From Scyliorhinus canicula (taxonomy: Eukaryota): DNA of 64,000 bases. This document shows positions 63,955 through 64,000 of the stretch, one piece after another (position 1 is the stretch's first letter; every line of letters starts with the position of its first letter). Position numbers and translations under genes: made by a program. The notes under the pieces were generated by a model. The model was not told where the DNA came from, ran no database searches, and worked only from the letters and a program-made list of their open reading frames with translations. The stretch lies in contig NC_052155.1 of NCBI RefSeq assembly GCF_902713615.1, positions 77,448,269 to 77,512,268 on the forward strand, read 5' to 3'.

Positions 63955-64000
63955 AACAAATTTAAAATGTAAGTTGAGTACTTCCCAGTTACTGAAATGA

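Overview
Vertebrate genomic DNA, almost certainly from an elasmobranch (shark). The species group is inferred from HE1/V-SINEs, a SacSINE1-type Deu-SINE and the LINE content. The only host gene I can support is the 5' part of ABHD3 (alpha/beta-hydrolase phospholipase) on the + strand. It has four coding exons (39370-39498, 49013-49176, 51236-51418, 58733-58778) that splice into one open frame, and intron 3 has a non-canonical GC donor. Most of the rest is transposable elements: a full-length but frameshifted L1 with an 18-bp TSD, several L1 fragments, a full-length two-LTR Gypsy (Mag/K02A2.6-like; tRNA-Ser PBS; 5-bp TSD), three decayed Gypsy copies, a Gmr1-type element (integrase before RT), several solo LTRs, Harbinger transposase relics and MITEs, CR1/L2 fragments, and a Penelope-like element with an inverted arm. 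The most notable observations are: minimal hammerhead-ribozyme motifs, including a 200-bp fold-back element with its own 13-bp TSD; a V-SINE body fused to at least three different 3' tails; and a hairpin conserved between two LTR families despite sequence change. Most short ORFs in the supplied track are spurious or TE-derived.
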